Assembly (NCBI GenBank): GCA_048938855.1
Contig: JBHLLT010000033.1
Span: 1-26,505 of the forward strand
Direction: 5' to 3'
Source: Promethearchaeota archaeon
Lineage (GTDB): Archaea; Asgardarchaeota; Lokiarchaeia; Sigyniarchaeales; SOKP01
DNA length: 26,505 nt
The first letter of the stretch is position 1. Each line of letters starts with the position of its first letter. The position numbers and the translations under genes were made by a program. The notes beneath the pieces are model-generated. The model was not told where the DNA came from and made no database searches. It worked only from the letters and a program-made list of their open reading frames with translations. This document shows positions 1 through 8,466 of this stretch, piece after piece.

Positions 1-1535
1 AAGACAAATTCCTTAAGTAATACAACTCTAATATCGGGATTTTGAACTGATTTTATACGATGACCTATACCTGGAATATTAATCTTAACGACATCTTTCA
101 TATATTTCACGAATTCATGTGGTTTCATTTCCTTTTGTAGGGCTTCTCTTATATATTTTGCTGCATCTGATATTGCTCCTCCAAATCTTGGACCAATTGT
201 TAATATCCCACTGGCTAAAGCGGACATAAGGTCTTTCCCGGCACGAGCAGTAATAATAGCATTATGAGCTCCAGAAACTGCAGGTCCATGATCGGCGGTT
301 AATTTAATTACCATTTCGATAAATTGTTGAGCAAACTCTGGTAACTCTCGCTTAAACCATAAAAGCCCAATAACATATCCAATTGATCGATTATTTCTGA
401 TAATTTCATCTAATCCAACCCCAGCGAACGTAGGAACATCTCCTCGATCATCACTAATAGTGACAACAACATCAGAGTGTCTTCTAACTAATCCTGTTCT
501 TACAGCTTCGTTAAAATCGGTGGGAATTTTTGGAGGTTCTACTTCTTTAGCTGGAATTAATTTTCCTTCCTGTACTAGTTTCTCATAGACTTTTTTAATT
601 ACTTTATCAAAATCTTCATAAGATTCAGGGACAAAAGCGCCAACCTCCCTCAGTGCTTCATTTTTTGCCTCCGCGGTTTCTCTATCACTTCCAGCCATCG
701 CTCCGGCGTGACCAAACTGAAGATTCTGTGGTAATATCCTAGCAGCTGTACCTGTGACCCAAATGGCAAGAGGTTTTCTAATTTTCCCATTTTTTAAAGC
801 TTCAACAATTTCATATTCTTCTGTACCCCCTATTTCTCCCAAACAAACAAGCATTTTAATATTAGGGTTAGCTTCATATCTAAGAAGATGATCAATTAAT
901 CTTGAACCAGGATAGCGGTCTCCTCCAATCGCGATTGACTCATAAACACCATCAGTGGATTGTGCAATCATGAAATTCATTTCATTACTCAAACCACCAG
1001 ATTTTGATACAAAACCTACTGAACCAGGGCGGTATAATTTTGAGAGAATAATATTTTCAAGAGTTCCTGCTGTATTAGCGATTTTAAATGAACCTGCTTT
1101 TATCCCCCCTACTGTGGCAGGACCAATGATAATTTTATTTTTCTCGTCTGCTATCTTTATTAAATTTTTGCTTTGTCTTTCCGGGACTCCCTCTGCAATA
1201 ATTACTACTACTCGAATTGTATCTGCTTCAAGAGCCTCTTTACTCGTATCATAGGCTGATCTAAAAGAGGCAAAATTTATCATTACATCAGCTTTAGGAT
1301 GTTTTTTAACTGCCATTGCAAGGCTTTTATAAACTGGGATAACAATTTCTTTACTTCCCCAAAAAGCTTTATGGTAAGCGATTGCTGCTTCTTGAGTATT
1401 TTGAATCATTGCAGCAACTGAAGGTGTTTTTCTTCTACATACATAATCGAAATCTAACATTCTTTGCACAGGTGCCGCTTGAAGTCCATATATTATAGCC
1501 TGTGTATCTTCATTAAATAATTCATAACTATCCAT
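1..1535 (-). CDS. aclA: ATP citrate lyase alpha (large) subunit, 3'-truncated by the window edge; absent from the ORF track
   Basis: Manual translation from ATG at 1535 gives MDSYELFNEDTQAIIYGLQAAPVQRMLDFDYVCRRKTPSVAA...INFASFRSA...IAEGVPE...GPATVGGIKAG...SKSGGLSNE...AIGGDRYPGS...QFGHAGA (phospho-His)...ADHGPAVSGAHN...IGPRFGGA...IPGIGHRIKS (citrate-synthase-like lyase domain). It abuts the aclB stop (TAA-ATG), with AGGAGTGA upstream. Confidence 0.96.
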   Translation of the reverse strand, partial: MDSYELFNEDTQAIIYGLQAAPVQRMLDFDYVCRRKTPSVAAMIQNTQEAAIAYHKAFWGSKEIVIPVYKSLAMAVKKHPKADVMINFASFRSAYDTSKEALEADTIRVVVIIAEGVPERQSKNLIKIADEKNKIIIGPATVGGIKAGSFKIANTAGTLENIILSKLYRPGSVGFVSKSGGLSNEMNFMIAQSTDGVYESIAIGGDRYPGSRLIDHLLRYEANPNIKMLVCLGEIGGTEEYEIVEALKNGKIRKPLAIWVTGTAARILPQNLQFGHAGAMAGSDRETAEAKNEALREVGAFVPESYEDFDKVIKKVYEKLVQEGKLIPAKEVEPPKIPTDFNEAVRTGLVRRHSDVVVTISDDRGDVPTFAGVGLDEIIRNNRSIGYVIGLLWFKRELPEFAQQFIEMVIKLTADHGPAVSGAHNAIITARAGKDLMSALASGILTIGPRFGGAISDAAKYIREALQKEMKPHEFVKYMKDVVKINIPGIGHRIKSVQNPDIRVVLLKEFV

Positions 1536-2828
1536 TTACTTATCACTCCTCATTTTTTCAATCATTCTAGCTACTGGACGTGTCATACTACTATATCGAT
1601 CATAAATATCAATAGGAATACCTGTTTCCTCTCCAACTTGTCTCATTAACTCTAAGCCTTGTTTCTCATTTGGGCCACCCCGACGAACTAATATTTCAAC
1701 ATTTGCTTTCTTCAATTTATCTACTGATTTTTTAATTGCGTTTACGATACCTCCAAATGTAGCTTTTACATCAGTAAAGTTCGCAATTCCACCACCTATG
1801 ATCAAATATTTTTCTTTTCCTTTAGGATCTGGATTTTCAGTAATGAGATCTATTATGGTTTGGGCATAAATCTGGGTATGTTCTTGACTTGGATTACCAC
1901 TATATTCCCCATAATTACCTAATTCTTCTGAGAATCCAAGGTCGGCAATAGTGTCTGTATATATAACGGAAGCTCCTCCTCCAGCAACCATTGTCCAAAC
2001 ATGTCCCTCTCTGTTTAAAATGGTTAGTTTTAATGAAGCGCCTGTTTTTTCATCCAGTTGCTTTATTTTTAATTCTTCAGAACTCATCTCTTGACCGAAT
2101 CCTGCTGGAAATTCAATTGGATTATTTGGATTTCCCCATGTATCTGTATGAAGAAATGCTGCTGTATCGTCCAAACGAGCTTTAACATCTAATGGAACTA
2201 TTATTTTATCTTTTGTTACAGCAAATGGATTAATTTCAAGGAAAGCAAAATCTTGATCAAAATAAACATGGAATAATCCTTTAATAAAAGGAATTAAAAC
2301 ATCTTTTAAATTACCTAGATCTGGTAATTTGCTTTCCAAATCAAAATCACTTATATCTGTATCAAGAGGAACGGGGATATGGGTCACTTTATCCCAATTC
2401 TCCTCAATAAAAATCCCACCTTCAAAACTAAAATGAATAATATCATTATCTCTATCAGACGTAATTGATACATAATACTCTTTATCATGAGGAATAAAAG
2501 GTTCAACTATCAGACGTTTAAGTTCACCCCTAACATTACCAATCTCGAAAACTTTATCTAAATTATTATTACAAAATTTTTTCATCTCATCAAAATTAGC
2601 ATCAAGTAAAAGTAAGTTGGCTTTTCCTCTCTTTCCAAATAGTTGATCAGGTTTGACGGCTAGTTTTTCTGATTTAATCCATGGTTCTGTAGATATTAAT
2701 TGATTGAAATCAGTTTCACTTGAAACAATAGCTAGTTTATTATGATATTTAAACTCTGGATAATACTTCGGTAATTGGCTTGCTAATAACTTTTTTGCGT
2801 CATATTCATATATATTTTTTTGCGCCAA
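1536..2828 (-). CDS. aclB: ATP citrate lyase beta (ATP-grasp/citrate-binding) subunit, TTG start
   Basis: Motifs VKPDQLFGKRGK, EINP, DVKARLDDTA, ASLKLTILN, WTMVAGGGASV, NYGEYSGNP, GGGIANFTDV (citrate binding) and VRRGGPN; directly upstream of aclA. Confidence 0.96.
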   Translation of the reverse strand: MAQKNIYEYDAKKLLASQLPKYYPEFKYHNKLAIVSSETDFNQLISTEPWIKSEKLAVKPDQLFGKRGKANLLLLDANFDEMKKFCNNNLDKVFEIGNVRGELKRLIVEPFIPHDKEYYVSITSDRDNDIIHFSFEGGIFIEENWDKVTHIPVPLDTDISDFDLESKLPDLGNLKDVLIPFIKGLFHVYFDQDFAFLEINPFAVTKDKIIVPLDVKARLDDTAAFLHTDTWGNPNNPIEFPAGFGQEMSSEELKIKQLDEKTGASLKLTILNREGHVWTMVAGGGASVIYTDTIADLGFSEELGNYGEYSGNPSQEHTQIYAQTIIDLITENPDPKGKEKYLIIGGGIANFTDVKATFGGIVNAIKKSVDKLKKANVEILVRRGGPNEKQGLELMRQVGEETGIPIDIYDRYSSMTRPVARMIEKMRSDK

Positions 2829-2896
2829 AATTATCTAACTCAATAATCTCTTTTAATAATTTGTATAAAACTGATAATTTATGTAGAATCTGTTTT

Positions 2897-2910
2897 CTAA
2901 TAAATTTTTC
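2897..2910 (-). promoter_or_regulatory. Putative BRE/TATA promoter of aclBA
   Basis: Minus strand reads GAAAAA-TTTATTAG about 70 nt upstream of the aclB start. Confidence 0.4.
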
Positions 2911-2922
2911 TTACATGGTTAA

Positions 2923-2942
2923 TATGGGAATTATGTCCCATA
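2923..2942. promoter_or_regulatory. Perfect inverted repeat TATGGGA-N6-TCCCATA, candidate transcription-factor site
   Basis: 7-bp perfect arms, GC-rich against an AT-rich background, extendable by 3 bp after one mismatch; just upstream of the putative acl BRE/TATA. Confidence 0.5.
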
Positions 2943-3102
2943 GTAATGAGTGATCTCTGAAGATTTCGAGTGATTTTAAGATTTGGAAAGATTTTTTCTC
3001 AAAAAATTACTAAAAATGCACACATTGAGAATACTACCTAATTTCTAATTAGGAGTTTAATCGATCAACTGATTTTTATAATGAATAAGCATTTAATTCC
3101 CT

Positions 3103-3240
3103 TTATACTTCTATAAATAGAGCTTGAAAAAGTTCTTTCGTAAAAGTAGGACCTTCAATATAGACACTTATTCCCTTTTGAATGTTAAGAGAATAATTTA
3201 CAACAACTTCAGCGAGTTTTTCATAAAAAGGATTAATCAT
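3103..3240 (-). pseudogene. N-terminal remnant (45 aa) of an M29 (AmpS/aminopeptidase T-type) aminopeptidase
   Basis: Manual translation MINPFYEKLAEVVVNYSLNIQKGISVYIEGPTFTKELFQALFIEV* matches the typical M29 N-terminus (EKLA-x3-VNYSL-x-[IV]QKG-x2-V-x-I-x-G). There is no room for the remaining ~320+ aa before aclB. Confidence 0.7.
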
Positions 3241-3282
3241 GATAATAATCAAAATTTATAATTAATTATAAATCTTTTATGG

Positions 3283-3891
3283 TTAAGTCTTTTTCTTCAA
3301 AATATAATCTAAGACACACGTCCTTCCAGTATTGAAATATCTCCCCTTAAGAATATGTCTTTTTTCCTTATATATGATGTCAAAGTTATGAAAAAAACCA
3401 TCAGCTTCATCATCATCATAATAACTATGAATTAGTTCTTCATTATCGCTAAAAATTTCTCCTGATTTAGTCGCTTCGTTTTCATCATACCATTTGTCAT
3501 CTTTTGAGAGGAAGTTTAGATAACAGAGTCCTCCTGGTACCAACACACGATGAATCTCATTAATGGCTTGAGATGTCTGATTTTTACTCAGATGCACCAT
3601 GGAAAGATAAGAATAAACATAACCAAAATATTTGGAGTCAAAAGGGATATTTCTCATATCTCCTTTTATAATATTTAACTTAACATTATGATCTTTACAA
3701 TAATTTTTTGCTTCCTTTATTTGATCCTCAGAAATATCAATCCCGTAGGACTCAAATCCATTTTCATGGAAAAAAGTTAGTTTTGGATCTGGACCACCAG
3801 CTCCACAATCAAGTATTCTATTATTAACTGGATTGGATTGAATAAATCTAAGAAAATTATATAATGAGGATGGATAGAACTTTTTAATCAT
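3283..3891 (-). CDS. Class I SAM-dependent methyltransferase
   Basis: ILDCGAGG motif I, GIDIS, GDMRNIPF, EIHRVLVPGG. ATG at 3891 (MIKKFYP) is preferred over the track TTG at 3942. Confidence 0.85.
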   Translation of the reverse strand: MIKKFYPSSLYNFLRFIQSNPVNNRILDCGAGGPDPKLTFFHENGFESYGIDISEDQIKEAKNYCKDHNVKLNIIKGDMRNIPFDSKYFGYVYSYLSMVHLSKNQTSQAINEIHRVLVPGGLCYLNFLSKDDKWYDENEATKSGEIFSDNEELIHSYYDDDEADGFFHNFDIIYKEKRHILKGRYFNTGRTCVLDYILKKKT

Positions 3892-3973
3892 TGATAAAGA
3901 AATTTTGTGTGATTTAAAAAATTTTTTTAGAAAATAAGGCAAACTTGGAGAATTATATATATTTTAAAATCTT

Positions 3974-5410
3974 CTATAAATGGTTTTCAAGGTTTTTTAT
4001 CAGTTTTATTGCTTTTTTATAATCATTTTTTATGTTTAATGAATTTGTGCACGCTTCTGATGATTTCTCAAAATTCTTTTGTTTATAATATAATTTTGCT
4101 AGAAAATACCATGCATAATAATTTGAGCTTCTAAATTTCTCAACATCTAAAATTGTTCTACATAATTTTACTGCTTCCTTATTCTCTTTTTTTAGCTTTA
4201 AACAGATTATTATTGCTTCAAGAGATTCATCATAATCTTCCTCTATAAAATAAACCTTAGCTATTATATACCAAGTATTGAAATCCTTTGGTTCTAACTC
4301 AATTGAATAATAAAGTGCTTTAAGAGCGAATTTATATTGACCTAATGAATAGTATAATAGCCCAAGATTCCTCCAAGCATCACTATAGTATGGTGCATAT
4401 TTTATAGATTTATATATAGACTCAAATGCATCATTGAACTCTCCTCTATTATAATATGCAAACCCAAGATTGTTCCAAAAATGTGCAAAGCTAGGATCAC
4501 AACCGAGGGCTCTGTTTGAAGCCTCTAATGCGAGTTCATAATCACCTATTATATTATAAACATGTGCAATGTTTCCCCAGGTTAATTTATCATTAGAATT
4601 GATTTTGATCGCTTCCAAGCAGGATTTTGTTGCCTTTTCTTTATTTTCAATTAATGCATATGTTATGCCCTCGTATGATTTTACAACTGAATTATTGGGA
4701 TCTATTTGAAAAGCATTTCTAAATGCTTTTAATGCTTTTGAATATTTACCTAATTTGTTTAACGTGATTCCAAGGTAAATATGAATTATTAATTCATCTG
4801 GATTTACTATAAGATAATTTTTGTAAGCTTTTGTCGCTTTTTGATAATTACCTTTATTATAATAAAGAGAAGCTAAATCTGCCCAGGAGTAATAATCTTC
4901 TAAGTTTTTTTTTAGACTTGTTTTAAGTAATTTTATTATCTCGTCGTAATCATCTATTCCTCTAAAAACAATAAGTTTCTGTCCACACCTTTTACAAAAT
5001 TTAGCAGACACAGAACTTACTGAATGACCACATATAGGGCAGCGCATTAAATCTTTTTTTTTTTCTAATTTTAGTAGTTTTTTTCGGTTCTTCGGCTCAA
5101 GTTTAGGAAGTTTAGGTTTAATTTTAAATGGAAATTTTGTATTATAATCTAAAGTCATAATATAACTTTCTTGAACCTTCTCTTTTCTCCTTTTTTCTCT
5201 ATTTATTTGTTTGATCTTTTTCTCTAAATCCGAAAAATCAAGATCTTTTGTTTTATCATATAAATCTTCAATAATTTTGGTTGGATCTCTGTATTCATTT
5301 ATTTTAGAGTAAAATTTATCTTTCATATCTTGAAAATCTTCAATATTTCCTTTAAAATCCTCAATTTTTTTTAATCCACGTTTAATTTTATCTTCTGTCT
5401 CCTTTTTCAG
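3974..5410 (-). CDS. Zinc-ribbon plus tetratricopeptide-repeat protein (start at CTG 5410 or ATG 5326)
   Basis: CPICG-x9-FCKRCG zinc ribbon followed by about 8-9 TPRs (WADLASLYY, YLGITL, WGNIAHVY, WNNLGFAYY, WRNLGLLYY, WYIIAKVY, WYFLAKLYY). The frame stays open upstream to a CTG with GGAGG 10 nt before it. Confidence 0.85.
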   Translation of the reverse strand: MKKETEDKIKRGLKKIEDFKGNIEDFQDMKDKFYSKINEYRDPTKIIEDLYDKTKDLDFSDLEKKIKQINREKRRKEKVQESYIMTLDYNTKFPFKIKPKLPKLEPKNRKKLLKLEKKKDLMRCPICGHSVSSVSAKFCKRCGQKLIVFRGIDDYDEIIKLLKTSLKKNLEDYYSWADLASLYYNKGNYQKATKAYKNYLIVNPDELIIHIYLGITLNKLGKYSKALKAFRNAFQIDPNNSVVKSYEGITYALIENKEKATKSCLEAIKINSNDKLTWGNIAHVYNIIGDYELALEASNRALGCDPSFAHFWNNLGFAYYNRGEFNDAFESIYKSIKYAPYYSDAWRNLGLLYYSLGQYKFALKALYYSIELEPKDFNTWYIIAKVYFIEEDYDESLEAIIICLKLKKENKEAVKLCRTILDVEKFRSSNYYAWYFLAKLYYKQKNFEKSSEACTNSLNIKNDYKKAIKLIKNLENHL

Positions 5411-5592
5411 ATTAAATCTCCCTCCAAATAATAAACAAGATTTTAAATAGTTTTGCCAGATTTTTCGGATTTTGGTTATTCTATCTATATGTTAAATTAC
5501 TATAAAAGAATTTTGGTAAATTGATTTAACATATATTAGAACAACAATTTAAAAATATAAAATTCAGACTCTTTTTTTAGCAATTAACTAGA

Positions 5593-6453
5593 TTATAAAA
5601 ATCTTTTAATTACATGAGGAATATCCCATGGAAGATCTGCAATATGGACTCCCGCCATTGAGAGTGCTTTTATTTTTCCTTGAGCTGTACCAAAATCTCC
5701 AGAAATAATTGCTCCTGCATGACCCATTCTTTTTCCTTGAGGGGCACTTTTTCCAGCTATATATGCAATTACAGGCTTTGAAACATGATTTTTTATATAT
5801 TCTGCAGTTTTTTCTTCTTCATCACTTCCAATCTCCCCGATGAGAACAATTACTTTTGTATTATCATCTTGAGCATAATATTTGACAGCTTCCTTCATAG
5901 TTTTACCCCTAACAGAATCCCCTCCAATTCCTATATATGCAGAAACTCCAATTCCCGCATTACCTATTGTTTTTGTAATTTCATAAGAAAGAGTTCCACT
6001 TTTTGAAATAACTGCTACATTGCCAAAATGACACAAATCACCTGGCATAATTCCCAACTTGATTTTATCGGGAATTAACATTCCTGGACAATTCGGACCT
6101 ATTAAATGCAATCCTCTTTCCTTTGCTATTTCAACAAGTCTTAACATATCATGAACAGGAACATTTTCTGTTATAATGCACGTAATCTTTATCCCTGCAT
6201 ATAATGCTTCTTTTACTGCTCCAAATGTGAATCGGGCGGGGACAAAAACAATACTAGTATTACAATGTGTTTCATTTATTGCATCTTTTACTGTATTAAA
6301 AACAGGTACATCATGGACTTTTTGACCTCCTTTCTTGGGGGTTACTCCAGCAACTATATTAGTCCCATAATCTAACATAAGTCTAGTATGAAACATTCCT
6401 TGATTTCCTGTAATACCTTGAACAACAACCTTAGAATTTTCATTAATATACAT
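5593..6453 (-). CDS. sucD: Succinyl-CoA synthetase alpha subunit
   Basis: VVVQGITG, AGVTPKKGG, GPNCPG, SKSGTLSYE, GIGGD, IGEIG, GKRMGHAGA (phospho-His); starts 1 nt after the sucC stop. Confidence 0.92.
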   Translation of the reverse strand: MYINENSKVVVQGITGNQGMFHTRLMLDYGTNIVAGVTPKKGGQKVHDVPVFNTVKDAINETHCNTSIVFVPARFTFGAVKEALYAGIKITCIITENVPVHDMLRLVEIAKERGLHLIGPNCPGMLIPDKIKLGIMPGDLCHFGNVAVISKSGTLSYEITKTIGNAGIGVSAYIGIGGDSVRGKTMKEAVKYYAQDDNTKVIVLIGEIGSDEEEKTAEYIKNHVSKPVIAYIAGKSAPQGKRMGHAGAIISGDFGTAQGKIKALSMAGVHIADLPWDIPHVIKRFL

Positions 6454-6454
6454 C

Positions 6455-7579
6455 TTAGTGCTCCACCACTTCTTTAACTTTTTTAACTGCTTCCATTACA
6501 TCTTTATAAGCAATAATTCCTTCTTTTTGTAATAATGCGATTCCTTCTGCTTCATTAGTACCAGTTAATCGAATTACTAAAGGAGGAGTGTCTTTAAAAT
6601 TATTTAAAGCTTGAATAATTGCTTCTGCTACAATATCACATCGAGTAATTCCCCCATATATATTTATTAGAATACATTTTGGTTGTAATTTGAATATTAA
6701 TTCGAGTGCTTTATATACGCGTTCTTTACTCGCACCACCCCCTACATCCAAGAAATTTGCAGGTTTTAATTCTAACTCAGAAAGTACATCTAAAAGAGCC
6801 ATTGTTAAACCTGCTCCGTTTGCTAATATCCCAACATCTCCTTCAAGTTCAACAAATGAAAAACCTGCACCTTTTGCTAATTTTTCTAAATCACTGAGCT
6901 TTTTTTCTTGAAAATCTCGGATTATAGTTTGCTTAAAGGCAGCAGCATCATCGACAATCATTTTTCCATCTAGGGCGATCAAACCTAAGGGGGTAAGAAC
7001 CAAAGGGTTAATTTCTACTAACTGTGCTTCAAGCTCTAACGTAATTTCCCATAATTTTTGGAAAATTTCTATTGCTGAATTTAAGAGGTTTTCTGAAAAA
7101 TCTAGCTGTTGTGCAATTTTTTGTGAAATTTCTTCACTTAAGCCTTCATGAATCGAAAAATTTACCTTAATAATTGCTTCTGGATTGGATTTTGCTACCT
7201 CTTCTATATCAATTCCTCCTTCTTTACTCGCTATAATAAAAAACTGTCTTCCTGAAGCATCCAATGCTATTGAACAATAATATTCATGTATTATCTCTGT
7301 TAATTGCTCTATCAAAATAGCTTCTACTTGGAATCCGGCAACTTTTTTCTGAAAAAATTCTTTACATAGAGATAATGCTTCTTCTGAGCTTTGAGCAATT
7401 TTTATTAATCCTGCTTTTTTTCTACTCCCGATAGCAATTTGGGATTTAACAATAGCAGGAAATATGAATTTTTTTACTTCTTCTTCAATATTGTCCTTTT
7501 TATCAATTACTATACTTTTGAGGAGGGGAATGCCAAATCTGCTAAAGATCATCTTGCTTTCATATTCAAGTAGTCGAAT
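6455..7579 (-). CDS. sucC: Succinyl-CoA synthetase beta subunit (likely ATT start at 7579)
   Basis: GGIDIEEV, EINPL, NGAGLTMA, NFLDVGGGA, NIYGGITRCD, RLTGTN. The conserved N-terminus (M)RLLEYESK lies upstream of the track ATG at 7552 and begins at ATT with GGAGG 8 nt upstream. Confidence 0.92.
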   Translation of the reverse strand: MRLLEYESKMIFSRFGIPLLKSIVIDKKDNIEEEVKKFIFPAIVKSQIAIGSRKKAGLIKIAQSSEEALSLCKEFFQKKVAGFQVEAILIEQLTEIIHEYYCSIALDASGRQFFIIASKEGGIDIEEVAKSNPEAIIKVNFSIHEGLSEEISQKIAQQLDFSENLLNSAIEIFQKLWEITLELEAQLVEINPLVLTPLGLIALDGKMIVDDAAAFKQTIIRDFQEKKLSDLEKLAKGAGFSFVELEGDVGILANGAGLTMALLDVLSELELKPANFLDVGGGASKERVYKALELIFKLQPKCILINIYGGITRCDIVAEAIIQALNNFKDTPPLVIRLTGTNEAEGIALLQKEGIIAYKDVMEAVKKVKEVVEH

Positions 7580-7735
7580 AAATTATCCCTCCATGTTTTA
7601 ATAGCCAATAGTATACTATAGATTGTCCTAATTTCAGTTTAATAATCAATTTGCTTATTTAATTAATAAACCTTTTTTTAATAGTCTATAAAACAATTAG
7701 TCAATTTTATTGGAGAAAATTGATTTTTATTAAAA

Positions 7736-8200
7736 ATGGAAAGAATTAACTTTAATTTTGGAACTCTTAAAGTTGATCAACTTGGATATATATATAAAGA
7801 TATTGAAGAACAAGCTAAATTATTGGAAAATATTTATGGTCTTCCAAAGTTCGCGTTTCTTGAGAGATTTGATACTCCTTGCAAATATAGGGGAAAAGAT
7901 TCCATAATATCAACCAAGTTAGCTTTTAGCAGGATATTTAATGTTCAAATTGAATTAATTCAATATATTAAAGGCGAATGTGTATATAAAGAATTTTTAG
8001 ACTCGGGAAGAAAAGGTTTACACCATTTTGCAATTATGGTGGATGATCTAGAGACCATTGTCAAGGAATTTACAGATAAAGGTTATGAAATTCTTCACCA
8101 GACTCAAATAGGAAACCAAAAAATCGCATTTTTGGACACAGAGAAGGACTTAGGAATATTACTAGAATTTCAAGAAACAATCAAAAGAAAAAAAAGATAA
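7736..8200 (+). CDS. VOC family protein (glyoxalase/methylmalonyl-CoA epimerase-like)
   Basis: DQLGYIYKDIEE, IELIQ, GLHHFA and LLEFQE supply the Q/E/H/E metal-ligand pattern of VOC proteins. Confidence 0.8.
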   Translation: MERINFNFGTLKVDQLGYIYKDIEEQAKLLENIYGLPKFAFLERFDTPCKYRGKDSIISTKLAFSRIFNVQIELIQYIKGECVYKEFLDSGRKGLHHFAIMVDDLETIVKEFTDKGYEILHQTQIGNQKIAFLDTEKDLGILLEFQETIKRKKR

Positions 8201-8466
8201 AGAATTTATTAAGATTGAACTTTCTTCTTCTCTACTTCTTTTTTAACTACTCAGATTACAAAGTTTATAATCTATAAAAAAAGGATTTTTAATCCCATAC
8301 TTCCCAAACTAATTTAACTTTAAGTTTATGTTTAAGCACTTTAACTATATGCTAAAAATAATTTTATATTGAAGAGAATTGGTTTGAAATAAATTTAATG
8401 AGTTCTTAGATTCATTTCGATAATAGGATTTTAAAGTTTTAGAATAACTAACTAAAAGTTGATTGA

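Noticed and set aside
955-1254. 99-aa plus-strand ORF
   Set aside because: Antisense shadow of aclA, which the track missed because it runs off the window.
5054-5064. A11 homopolymer in the TPR gene as a phase-variation tract
   Set aside because: The frame is intact (EKKKD), and long A-runs in Lys-rich segments are common throughout this AT-rich window.
7608-7619. Perfect 12-bp palindrome ATAGTATACTAT upstream of sucC
   Set aside because: Almost all A/T, with only a partial echo upstream of fumC; not distinguishable from chance without comparative data.
7677-7688. TTTAATAGTCTA repeated at 12345-12356
   Set aside because: Mostly explained as a TATA-like element in AT-rich intergenic DNA.
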